IMG/VR virus record: IMGVR_UViG_3300027833_000011
Length of the DNA: 64,000 nucleotides
Strand: one strand, 5' to 3'
Source: a virus
Lineage: Duplodnaviria; Caudoviricetes
Part shown: piece by piece, positions 34,404-45,000 of the stretch
How positions within the stretch are numbered: the stretch's first letter is position 1
Layout: every line of letters begins with the position of its first letter
Notes under the pieces: model-generated
Told to the model about the DNA's origin: nothing
The model's input: only the letters and a program-made list of their open reading frames with translations
Database searches by the model: none
Program-made: the position numbers and the translations under genes

Positions 34404-36959
34404 ATGGCTAGGTATAGAAGGCTCACCACAACTACTACTTCAATCATTCAGGGCGTCCCGTCCACTATCGACACAATACAAGAATTAGCATCATTCGTAA
34501 ATGAAAATGCTATTATTAATGTTGATATAAACGGGTTAGACTTAGTAATTGATAGAAATAACGGAACACAAGACGTTATTGATTTAACTCCAATTGCGAC
34601 AGGAGAGGTAAGTGCGGTATCTATAATAAGTACTAATTTAAATAACGGTACTTTAACCTTAACCAAGTCAGACAACACAGAGTTTAGTGTTGATTTAAAA
34701 CAACTACAATTCATCGTTACACCTTCATTGGTTGGTAACGATTTAATTTTTACAGATTCTTTAGGTTCTACAATTAGTATTGACCTAACATCCTTCGACC
34801 AAACAGTTTCAGTTAATTCACTTTCGACACGTATTTCTTCAGAAGAAATCGGTAGAATCGAGGGGGATAACTCATTGTCTGGTTCGATAAATTCACTTTC
34901 AACTAGAATAGACAATAGTGGTTCTACGTATGACGATACTGCCGTGTATGGTGAGATATCTACGGTAAAAACGTCATTAGACGGTAGAATAGATGGTATT
35001 TCGATACCATCAGAATTTGATTCAAGTTCTTTAAATACTAGGGTTTCATCTGTAGAGAGTACGGTTAGCGGAATTTCAATTCCTTCGGATTTTGATTCAA
35101 GTTCGTTAACAACAAGAATATCATCTGTAGAGAGTACGGTTGATGGGATTTCAATTCCTTCGGAGTTTGATTCTTCTTCACTAACCAGTAGAATTTCTAT
35201 TGAGGAGAGTGTTCGTACGGATGGTGATACATCGATTTCACAGTCGATTAATCAAAGATTCAGTAATATAAGTGGTTCTATTTACGATGATACGTCATTA
35301 ACGACAAGAGTGTTGTCAATAGAAAGTAGTGTTGACGGAATATCAGTACCTACTGATGTGTCTGACTTAACTGATAATGGGGGTGTTTTAAATGGAACAA
35401 CGTATGATGATGCATCGATAGAGACGAGAATTTCTTCGTCAGTATCATCTTTAGATACGAGGTTTGAGAATAACAGTTCAACTTACGATGACACTGACAT
35501 ATATGGTCAGGTTTCCTCAGTTAAGGTATCATTAGACACTAGAATTGACGGGTTAGTAATACCTAACGAATATAATGATAGTTCTTTACAGACTAGAGTT
35601 TCTTCAGTAGAGAGTACGGTTAATGGTATTTCAATACCATCAGAATTTGACCCATCATCTTTAGAAGATAGGGTTTCTGTGGAGAAAGTTGGAAGAATTG
35701 CTGGTGATAATTCATTAACAATTCGTGTTAGTCAATTAGAAGTTGCTGACCCATCTATAGATAGTAGAATTTCAACGGAAGAGTCATCTCGTATATCGGG
35801 TGACACTTCGATAGACCAAAGATTTAGTAATCTTAGTGGTTCTATATATAATGACACATCATTAGTAAGTAGGGTATCGACATTAGAGGATACCGTTGGT
35901 GGTATATCTATTCCTTCAGAATTTGATTCTACATCACTTACAACAAGGTTATCGTCAGTAGAGAGTACGGTTAATGGTATTTCGATACCATCAGAATTTG
36001 ATTCAAGTTCAATTGAGACACGTATTACAACAAATGATACACATATCGTTTCTATTAATACTAGAGTATCAAACAAAGAAACATTAATTAGTGACGTATC
36101 AACAGAGTTGGCGTCATTATCTATACCATCAGAATTTAATTCTTCGTCTTTAACAACGAGAATATCTGCGATGGAGATTGTTCATGATTTAGACGAACAA
36201 TCAATCAATACAAAAATATCGAGTAATAGTTCAACAATAGCTTCATTAGATAATAAGTTATCGTTAACTGAAACTAATTTTAGTTCGGATATATCATCAT
36301 TAACAAGTTTAATTGGTGGGTTACAAACGGTTGTTAATAGTCAACAATCTACAATAGTCTCATTAGGGGATAAAATTGAAGAATGTTGTGATGGTCCTGA
36401 ACCAACTACAACAACTACAACAACTGAGTCACCTACAACGACTACTACAACAACTGAGTCACCTACAACTACAACAACAACGACTCAGAGTGGTACGACT
36501 ACAACGACAACGACATTAAATAGTAGTAACTCTTATCTATTATATGCTGACGCTGGGCCTGGTGCAGGACAAGTATTATACAATTCGAGTAACCAACAAT
36601 TCTATCCGTTCTTAGTACAAAATAGTCCAACAAATTTTAATGATTTTGTTACGGACAGACTTAACAATTCAAATAATATTACTATATTTAGTCATGACGT
36701 ATGTGCAGATAAAGACACCGTTACTTTTAGTTTGAATTTCCCAGGAAGTACAAACGGAGTACAGGCGTTCTACTTACATCCGTCGTCTCAAGGCACTATA
36801 GTTAATATACTTGATACGAATAATAACACTACCTATTCTGTGACACCAAGTAGTGGTCAATCAGTAACGATAGGTGGTGCTAACTATACTTTATATAGAT
36901 GGTTACAACCACAACCGAATGGTTCGACTTTCTCAATAAAGGTAAATAATTGTTTATAA
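34404..36959 (+). CDS. Putative virion fibre/structural protein with SSL.TR.SSVES repeats, a Thr-rich linker and a C-terminal beta domain
   Basis: PSTIDTIQELA fibre motif; repeated GISIPSEFDSSSL.TRISSVES; poly-Thr runs. Confidence 0.7.
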   Translation: MARYRRLTTTTTSIIQGVPSTIDTIQELASFVNENAIINVDINGLDLVIDRNNGTQDVIDLTPIATGEVSAVSIISTNLNNGTLTLTKSDNTEFSVDLKQLQFIVTPSLVGNDLIFTDSLGSTISIDLTSFDQTVSVNSLSTRISSEEIGRIEGDNSLSGSINSLSTRIDNSGSTYDDTAVYGEISTVKTSLDGRIDGISIPSEFDSSSLNTRVSSVESTVSGISIPSDFDSSSLTTRISSVESTVDGISIPSEFDSSSLTSRISIEESVRTDGDTSISQSINQRFSNISGSIYDDTSLTTRVLSIESSVDGISVPTDVSDLTDNGGVLNGTTYDDASIETRISSSVSSLDTRFENNSSTYDDTDIYGQVSSVKVSLDTRIDGLVIPNEYNDSSLQTRVSSVESTVNGISIPSEFDPSSLEDRVSVEKVGRIAGDNSLTIRVSQLEVADPSIDSRISTEESSRISGDTSIDQRFSNLSGSIYNDTSLVSRVSTLEDTVGGISIPSEFDSTSLTTRLSSVESTVNGISIPSEFDSSSIETRITTNDTHIVSINTRVSNKETLISDVSTELASLSIPSEFNSSSLTTRISAMEIVHDLDEQSINTKISSNSSTIASLDNKLSLTETNFSSDISSLTSLIGGLQTVVNSQQSTIVSLGDKIEECCDGPEPTTTTTTTESPTTTTTTTESPTTTTTTTQSGTTTTTTTLNSSNSYLLYADAGPGAGQVLYNSSNQQFYPFLVQNSPTNFNDFVTDRLNNSNNITIFSHDVCADKDTVTFSLNFPGSTNGVQAFYLHPSSQGTIVNILDTNNNTTYSVTPSSGQSVTIGGANYTLYRWLQPQPNGSTFSIKVNNCL

Positions 36960-36960
36960 T

Positions 36961-37842
36961 ATGGCTGACGAAATATTTCCAATTCAAGAAGGTGGTTTAA
37001 CAGTAGGAGGACCTATCGTACCAGCATCTGAAGATGCTACGTACGGAACGCACTTCTCATATTTAGGTGTTGGTGGGTATGTTGAAGTACCAACTGATGA
37101 TTATAGAAATGGAATCCCTGTGGGTTCAAACATAAATGCTGACGGATATTCTTCAGGTAGAAGAAGATTCGGTATGATGGTTTATGTTATTGAAGATAAT
37201 AAACTTTATAGACTATCACCTACAAAGGCTGATGGTAATAAGGTATCGTTATCTGATTGGGACACCGCAAGTGAAGCACAAAAGATTGTTTGGTTAGACC
37301 CTATGGCGTCTGCTTTTGACTTCTCGACGTTTTCACAAATAACGGGAACACAAGACGATGATGATGCTTGGGAGGAGTTAGATTTCACGTCAGGTGGAAG
37401 TAATACAGATACTAAAGTATCAGGCGCGACTCTAACGGGTTCGGTACTTTCAATAAAACAAAACAACGGAGAACCTAATATTAATTTAGATTTATCAGGT
37501 TTAGATGACCGTTTTGTATACGCTGGTAGTTATAACGCAGGGCAACTAACGTTAAATATATCAGGTGCTGATGATGTGGTAGTTCCATTACAGGGATTAG
37601 TAAACACCATAGCAGATACGGCATCATTTGATGCTACAACAAATAAAATAGTATTCTCAAGTGATGGAGGAGGTAGTCTATTTAGTGTGGACCTTTCAGC
37701 TCTTAAGGATAATGAAGATAATTTAGTCGCTTCAGAAGCAGTCGACGGTGAGGTTGATGTTGTTACTGAAGAAGAACTAACGCAGAGAATTAATGAAGAT
37801 TTTTCAGATTATTTAGATGATAATTTAAGTTCATTAATTTAA
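36961..37842 (+). CDS. Putative virion structural protein
   Basis: RRRFGMMVYV..LY.L motif and G..LTL..G...V.L beta modules shared with neighbouring genes. Confidence 0.6.
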   Translation: MADEIFPIQEGGLTVGGPIVPASEDATYGTHFSYLGVGGYVEVPTDDYRNGIPVGSNINADGYSSGRRRFGMMVYVIEDNKLYRLSPTKADGNKVSLSDWDTASEAQKIVWLDPMASAFDFSTFSQITGTQDDDDAWEELDFTSGGSNTDTKVSGATLTGSVLSIKQNNGEPNINLDLSGLDDRFVYAGSYNAGQLTLNISGADDVVVPLQGLVNTIADTASFDATTNKIVFSSDGGGSLFSVDLSALKDNEDNLVASEAVDGEVDVVTEEELTQRINEDFSDYLDDNLSSLI

Positions 37843-37912
37843 TGTAAAACGAGATACTTACAACCGGTGGGTTGTATTTATTAATAATAAACCATATATA
37901 AAAAAAAACAAA

Positions 37913-40429
37913 ATGGCAAACACACAATTTCAAGATTTAGCATCACTTATTGCGGGTAAGTTGAATTTAATCATTGGTAAAGTAAACACCAACACATCAG
38001 GAAGGACTTCATTAGGAGTTGCAATTTCTGACGAGGCGGCTACACGTTTATCAAATGACAATTCAATCGTAGCATTAATCGACGCTAACGATGCGAAAGA
38101 CGTATCATTAGAAACAAGAGTTTCAGGTGAAGAGGTCTTAAGAGTAAATGCTGACGGTTCTTTAACAACAAGAATCGGAGCGGAAGAGGTAGCAAGAGCG
38201 AGTGCTGATTTAGCGGCGTCTCAATCTGTTACTGCAAAATTAACATCAGTAGATTCGAGAGTAACTGCTGAGGAGTCTTCAAGAGTTGCGGGTGATTCAT
38301 CTGTAACAACTGCAATGACTAATAAAATTAATCAAGTTGAAGCGGATTCAATTTCTGCTGACGGTTCATTAGCAACTGCAATCGGTAACGAGGCGACTGC
38401 TAGAGTAAACGCTGACGGTTCTTTAACAACAAGAGTATCGAACGAAGAAGTAGCAAGAGAAAACGGAGACGTTTCAATCGCGGCTTTACTTTCGACTGAG
38501 GTTGTTGATAGAACAAACGCAGTATCTGCTGAAGCAACGGCTAGAGTTAATGGAGATAATTCATTAAACTCTAAAATTTCTTCTGAGACATCTGCAAGAG
38601 TATCGGCTATATCATCAGTAGATGTAGAATTAGCTGGTGGAGTTGGTTCAATTGAAACAAGATTATCAAACGAAGAATCGACATCAGCATCGGCTGACGC
38701 TTCTATCGTTGTTGCTTACCAAGCGGCTGACGTATCTTTAACTTCAAGATTATCGACTGAAGAAGAAGCAAGAGCTAACGGAGATTCTGCATTAGAGACT
38801 TCATTAAACTCTGAGATATCTTCAAGAGCATCAGGTGATGTGGTATTAGATGGTAAAATCTCAACAGAAGTTGTAAGAGCAACGGCTGCTGAAGGTTCAT
38901 TAAATACTAAAGTATCTGTTGAAACGGCAAGAGCGATTGGTGTTGAAGGTTCATTAGAAACAAGAATTTCTTCTGAAGAGGAAGCTACAGTATCTTTAGC
39001 TAACTCATTACAGGTTTACATGTCTGACGAAGTTGAGTCAATTGATGTAAGAGTATCAAACGAAGAATCGACATCAGCATCAGCTGACGCATCTATCGTT
39101 GTTGCTTACCAAGCTGCTGACGGTGTATTAGAAACAAGAATTTCTAATGAGGAAGTTGCAAGAGCAAACGGAGACACTGCATTAAATACTTCATTAACAT
39201 CTGAAATCTCTTCTAGAGTATCAGGTGACTTATCGTTAAACAACAAAATTGATTCAGAAATTTCAACTGAGGTTATCGCAAGAGACTCAGCAATTACTGG
39301 AGCGATTAACGACTTAGTGGATGGTGCAGGTGATGCATACAACACTTTAAGTGAATTACAAGCAGAATTACAAGATAACGATAGTGATATCGCTACTATC
39401 TTAACTGCACAAGGTTCTTTAAATACAAGAATTGGGGCTGAAGAGTCTGTATCTGCATCGGCTGACACATCTATCGAACTTAGAGTTTCAACTTTAGAGA
39501 ACGGTAATACATCAGCAGTAGATTCATTAGATGTAAGAGTAACGGCTGAAGAGTCAATCTCAATTTCATCTGACGCATCTTTAGAGACAAGAATCTCAAA
39601 TGATGAAGACGCATTAGCATCGGCGAAACTTTCATTAGGAAACGCTGACGGTTCATTAGAAACAAGAATTTCTGAAGAAGAATCAGTACAGGCATCTGTA
39701 GGTTCATCTTTAACAACAAGAGTTTCAAACGAAGAATCGACAAGATTGGCTAAAGATACTTCAATCGAGGTGGCTTACCAATTAGCTGACACTTCATTAA
39801 CAACAAGAATTTCTACTGAAGAAGTTCTTAGACAAGCTGGTTTAAGTATTTTAGCTTCTGATATCGAAGATGAAGAAGATAGAGCAATTGCAGTTGAAGG
39901 TTCGTTAAATACGAAACTTAACGCTGAAATCGCAACAAGTTCTACGGCTGACGCATCGTTAAACACGAAGGCTAACAGTTTAGAAACTAAATTTGACGGA
40001 GAAGTTGAGACTGAATCAATCGCAAGAGTTTCAGCTGATACTTCATTAACATCAAGATTATCAACTGAGGAAGTTGCAAGAGTTAACGGTGACGCATCTG
40101 TATTATCAGCGGCAACATCATCAGCAACGGCAGTATCAGTAGCACTATCAAGTGAGATTTCTTCAACTAATGCAGATTTCGTATCATCAGACGCAAGAGT
40201 ACTTGCTGAAGAAGGAGCGAGAGGAGCGGCAGACACGTCATTAACGACAAGATTATCGTCTGAAGAAGTTGCAAGAGCTAACGGAGACAATGCGATTAAC
40301 GTAGACCTTACATCATTAGAAACAAGAGTTTCAACGGATGAGGTTGAGTTATCAAGTCACATTGCTTTCCAAGGGACAGTTGCTGAATTCTCAACTGTAT
40401 TAGATGCTAACATTATAGCATTAAGTTAA
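37913..40429 (+). CDS. Long alpha-helical coiled-coil fibre protein
   Basis: D.SL.TR.S.EE.AR..GD repeats with ~18-aa spacing; GAGDAYNTLSEL motif. Confidence 0.75.
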   Translation: MANTQFQDLASLIAGKLNLIIGKVNTNTSGRTSLGVAISDEAATRLSNDNSIVALIDANDAKDVSLETRVSGEEVLRVNADGSLTTRIGAEEVARASADLAASQSVTAKLTSVDSRVTAEESSRVAGDSSVTTAMTNKINQVEADSISADGSLATAIGNEATARVNADGSLTTRVSNEEVARENGDVSIAALLSTEVVDRTNAVSAEATARVNGDNSLNSKISSETSARVSAISSVDVELAGGVGSIETRLSNEESTSASADASIVVAYQAADVSLTSRLSTEEEARANGDSALETSLNSEISSRASGDVVLDGKISTEVVRATAAEGSLNTKVSVETARAIGVEGSLETRISSEEEATVSLANSLQVYMSDEVESIDVRVSNEESTSASADASIVVAYQAADGVLETRISNEEVARANGDTALNTSLTSEISSRVSGDLSLNNKIDSEISTEVIARDSAITGAINDLVDGAGDAYNTLSELQAELQDNDSDIATILTAQGSLNTRIGAEESVSASADTSIELRVSTLENGNTSAVDSLDVRVTAEESISISSDASLETRISNDEDALASAKLSLGNADGSLETRISEEESVQASVGSSLTTRVSNEESTRLAKDTSIEVAYQLADTSLTTRISTEEVLRQAGLSILASDIEDEEDRAIAVEGSLNTKLNAEIATSSTADASLNTKANSLETKFDGEVETESIARVSADTSLTSRLSTEEVARVNGDASVLSAATSSATAVSVALSSEISSTNADFVSSDARVLAEEGARGAADTSLTTRLSSEEVARANGDNAINVDLTSLETRVSTDEVELSSHIAFQGTVAEFSTVLDANIIALS
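38666..39122 (+). repeat. Near-identical ~66-bp direct repeat encoding SNEESTSASADASIVVAYQAAD twice
   Basis: tcaaacgaagaatcgacatcagcatc.gctgacgc.tctatcgttgttgcttaccaagc.gctgacg near 38666 and 39056. Confidence 0.8.
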
Positions 40430-40446
40430 TAATATTAAGGTATGTT

Positions 40447-40474
40447 TATAAGGAGGGGGAAACCCCTCCTTATA
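40447..40474. other. Perfect 12-bp GAAA-tetraloop hairpin between fibre genes (no U tract)
   Basis: tataaggagggg-gaaa-cccctccttata. Confidence 0.75.
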
Positions 40475-40531
40475 TTAACTTATAAAAAATAAAACCTCGG
40501 AAACGAGGAGTGTATAAAAAAATAAAGAATA

Positions 40532-41962
40532 ATGACACAATACCAACAATTAGCAGGTCTAATCGCAGGAAAGTTAAATTCGATAATTACGAAAGTTAAC
40601 GTTAACACTGGTGATGTAGACGCTATCCAAGGAGGTTCATTAGATTCTAGATACTATACAGAGACAGAAGTTGATACATTCATCAGTAACTCCACTGCGA
40701 CTACATTAAATTTTAATGCGGACAATGGAGTTTTTACGTTAACAAAAGGAGACGGTTCTACAATCACAGTTGATTTAGACGGTAGGTTTACAGATAACGC
40801 TCATGCTGATGCAATGAACCAAGGAGTCGCTACTACAGATACACCAAATTTTGTTGGTGTGCAGGTAGGGACATTAAACGTATCTGAATTGACAACGGAC
40901 TTAGTTCCAGACACTGATTCAGCATTAGATTTAGGGGAAACTGACAAACAATATAACGATTTATATTTATCAGGTCAGATTTACCAATCAGGTGTACCGA
41001 TTCAATCGGCAGAATCAAAGCCTTTAGTTTATCACGAAAACTTTACGGGTGACGGTTCAACAACTGAATTTACAGTGTCTAAAACATTAACTTCGTTAAT
41101 TATGACGGACATTAATGGTTTAGTTCAGGAAAAGGGTGAGGATTTCACACACACAGATTATTCGAAAACTATAACATTTGCAAACGCACCACAATCGGGT
41201 GAGGTTGTACAGATAACATATTTCTATGGTGGGTCAAAACCTATCATGAAGTACGAGACATTTACTGCTAACGGTACTAGTGATAGTATTACAGTAAGTG
41301 ATTCGTTATCACAGGTTGTTTATGTTGAGATTAATGGTTTAGTACAACTTAAAGGAGATAACTACAACACAACGGGTAGTTTAATCGAATTTGAGGGTAC
41401 TCCAACATCAGGTTCTGAAATTGCAGTACTTTACTATAATACAGGTGACTCATCAGTATCGGGAACATCTAATAAACTTGCTAAATTTGGGGTTGACGGA
41501 CTTTCAGTTGTCGACTCATTAATTAGTGAAACAGGGAATACCGTTTCAATCACAGGAAATCTATTCGTAGGTGGTGATACCACAACAGTAAATTCAACAG
41601 AAGTTGAAATTGCTGATAAGGCAATCGTATTAGGAGCAGGAGCACAGTCTTCTGAACTTGCTGCGGCACCATCAGGAATAAAAATCGGTGATGAAGATTC
41701 TCCATTAGCGTCCATTTTATATAATGGAAGTGTATGGAATTTTGACGGAGGTATCGGTTCTTCTACTGTAATTAATAAATCACAATCAATAACTTTCTCA
41801 GGAGATGTTAGTGGTTCTGGTACGATTACAAATTTAGGGGATATTGAAATAACAAATATGGACTTTAATACATCGGCGTTAAGAACAGAAATGGACGACT
41901 ACATCGGTACGTATATACAATTCCGTAATGATTTAAATACGGGATTAAACTCGTTAGTATAA
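40532..41962 (+). CDS. Putative tail/fibre protein with two tandem GDGSTT.F-type beta modules
   Basis: ENFTGDGSTTEF..INGLVQ..D and ETFTANG..INGLVQ..N modules; N-terminus shared with 37913. Confidence 0.7.
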   Translation: MTQYQQLAGLIAGKLNSIITKVNVNTGDVDAIQGGSLDSRYYTETEVDTFISNSTATTLNFNADNGVFTLTKGDGSTITVDLDGRFTDNAHADAMNQGVATTDTPNFVGVQVGTLNVSELTTDLVPDTDSALDLGETDKQYNDLYLSGQIYQSGVPIQSAESKPLVYHENFTGDGSTTEFTVSKTLTSLIMTDINGLVQEKGEDFTHTDYSKTITFANAPQSGEVVQITYFYGGSKPIMKYETFTANGTSDSITVSDSLSQVVYVEINGLVQLKGDNYNTTGSLIEFEGTPTSGSEIAVLYYNTGDSSVSGTSNKLAKFGVDGLSVVDSLISETGNTVSITGNLFVGGDTTTVNSTEVEIADKAIVLGAGAQSSELAAAPSGIKIGDEDSPLASILYNGSVWNFDGGIGSSTVINKSQSITFSGDVSGSGTITNLGDIEITNMDFNTSALRTEMDDYIGTYIQFRNDLNTGLNSLV

Positions 41963-42027
41963 AATGGTTGAGTTATCAACTACGTTTGGAAACAAACAAA
42001 TAAATAAAATTAATAAACATTAAAAAA

Positions 42028-45000
42028 ATGGCATTAAGACAATTAGGATTATTCCAACTTAATACGAACCCAGGAACACAAGAAATTGATTTAGGTACTA
42101 CCGCTAATTTTCTTGATGAAATATTCGTTGATTCCATATCCGCAAACACTTATTTAGGTGACGGGTCTGGACTTACAATCGACGGTATTGATTCATTAGT
42201 CGATAGTCTTTCAATTGAAACTTCTGCAAGAACAGGAGCTGACACATCGTTAGCTACAAAAATTTCTACAGACGTTCAATCGGCAATCGACAACTTAGTA
42301 GATGGTGCACCAAGTGCGTTAGATACTTTAGTTGAGTTAGCATCCAAAATCGGTGAAGGTTCCATTAGTGAAGCAAACATCGTAGCTGAGATTAACTCAG
42401 TAGGTGTACGTGTAACTAATGAAGCGGCAACAAGATTGTCAGCGGATGGTTCGTTGGCGACTTTGATTGGACAAGTTTCAACGGGTGCGTCTTCAAACTT
42501 AGCGTCTGAGATTCTACAAACTGGTAATGAAGTAAATTCATTAACGACTAGAATTTCAACAGAAGAATCTGTTAGAGACACACAGGTAACATCATTAGCC
42601 AATGAGATTACAGGTGAGGTTACTGCTGATATTACTTCGGTTGATACAAGAATCACAGGAGTTGAGGGAGATTTAACTTCAGTAGAGACAAGATTGTCAA
42701 CTGAAGAGTCTACTATGGTGGTAACTGTAAATAGTTTAGGTACCGTAGTCGACGGAGACATATCGTCTGTAGTAACTAAGATAGGGGATGAAGAATCTTC
42801 TAGAATAGGGGCTGATAATTCATTAGCAACGTTAATATCTACGGAAGTAGTTAATAGAGAGAGTGAAGATAACGTATTAGACGGTAAAATAACCACAGAG
42901 GCATCATCAAGAGGTGTTGCTGATAATTCTTTAGGAGATAGAATTGACACCTTAGAAGATAATCCATATGACGATTCATCAATCAACACAAGAGTTGGTG
43001 GTGTTGAATCAAGTGCGAGTTCTTTAGGAGCAAGAATTTCATCTGAAGAGGTAGTTAGATTATCTAAGGATAATTCTATTGCGACAATTGCGGGACAAAA
43101 TACTTCAAGTATTAATACGGCATCGACATCATTAACGTCTAGAATTTCTACTGAAGAAATTGCAAGAACTACGGGTGTAAATTCTGTAAATGATAAAGTA
43201 GGTGTTGAGGCTTCAAGTAGAGTTGTAAAGGATGATTCATTAGACGCTAAAATAGATTCGGAAATATCAACACTTAAATTAGATGTTGTACAGAATGAAT
43301 CAGACATTAGTGGTGAAGAGACAATAAGAATTCAGAAAGATAACTCATTAGATAGTAAAATATCTACTGAAGTTGTTACTTTAGAGGCTAAAGACACATC
43401 TTTAGCAACTAGAATAGGTGTTGAAGAAGGTGCAAGAGCATCGTCTGACTCAGCATTAAGTAATGAGATTTCGGTTCAAGCATCGATGAGACAATCAGCG
43501 GATACGGCAATTTCAAGTCAATTAATATCAGATATTTCTGTATTAGTTGATGCTGATGATAATTTATCATCTGACATTGTTGCTGAAGAGTCTTTAAGAT
43601 ATGCGGCGGATGATTCATTAACAACTAGAGTTAGTAGTGTTGAATCGGAAGTTTCATCAAATAAAGCGTCTACAGACACTAGAGTGTTAACAGTTGAAGG
43701 TCAAATAGGTGGTATCGATGTTGATATTACAGGTTTAACTTCAGGAGTTAATAGTTTAGATAGTAAAATTGATTCAGAAATATCTTCTGAGGTAGTTGCA
43801 AGAAATTCAGCAATCGTTGTCGCTAAAGACGAAATCATTAACGGTGCTGGTGACGCTTACAATACGTTAAGTGAGTTACAAACTGCGTTAGAAGATAACG
43901 ACGGTGATATAACAACTATATTAACGGCACAAGGTTCTATTAATACTAGAATAACAACTGAAGAGTCTACTAGACTTTTAAAAGATAGTATTTTAGAGTC
44001 TGAAATTGATAATAAAACTAATTCGTTAGAAACTAGAATCAGTACATTAACATCTAAAGATGTTGTAATTGATTCAGATATAACGTCTGAAGTATCTTCA
44101 AGAGTGTCAGGAGATTTATCACTTAACAATAGAATATCAAGTGAAGAATCGGCTAGAGAATCTGCAGTTACTGCGATTAATGAAGCTGCTTACGATGATT
44201 CATCAATCAACACAAGAGTTGGTGGTGTTGAATCAGACTTATCTTCTGAAATTAGTTCAGAGGCGTCATCAAGAGTATTAGGTGACAATTCATTAAATAC
44301 TAAGATTGGTTCAGTATCTACGGCATTGGCGTCAGAGATAGGAACAACAAACGGTGAAATCACATCATTAAACACAAGAGTTTCTAACGAAGAAGATAAT
44401 TCTACGACATTAGAGAATTCTTTAGTGGGTGTTGATACATCATTACATAGTAGAATTTCTTCTGAAGAGGTTACTAGGAGTTTAGCAGTAAGTTCATTAC
44501 ATGTTAAATCGGGTAACATCACGGGAGATGTGACTTCTATAGCAAATAGAATACAATCTGAAGAGTCTACAAGACTATCAAGTGATAACATATTAACAGG
44601 TTCAGTTGGTTCAATCAATACGAGAGTTGCAACTGAAGAAGGTAAGTCGACATCATTAACAACGAGAGTTAGTAATGTAGAAAGTGATTTAACTTCAGAA
44701 GTTAATTCGGTTGACACAAGAATTGATAATATTGAGGCGGCTGCTTACGATGATTCATCTATCAATACAAGAATTGGTGGTGTTGAATCAGACTTAACAA
44801 CGGCTGAAGGTTCTTTAGAAACAAAAATAACTGCAGAGGAGAGTTCAAGAGTATTAGGTGATTCATCACTTACTACTGTAATTAGTACTCTACAATCGGA
44901 CTTAAATACTGAAATTGCATCTACAAATACGGAGATGACATCTTTAGATACGAGATTATCTACGATTGAATTGGATGACGAAACTGTTGAGTCTTCATTA

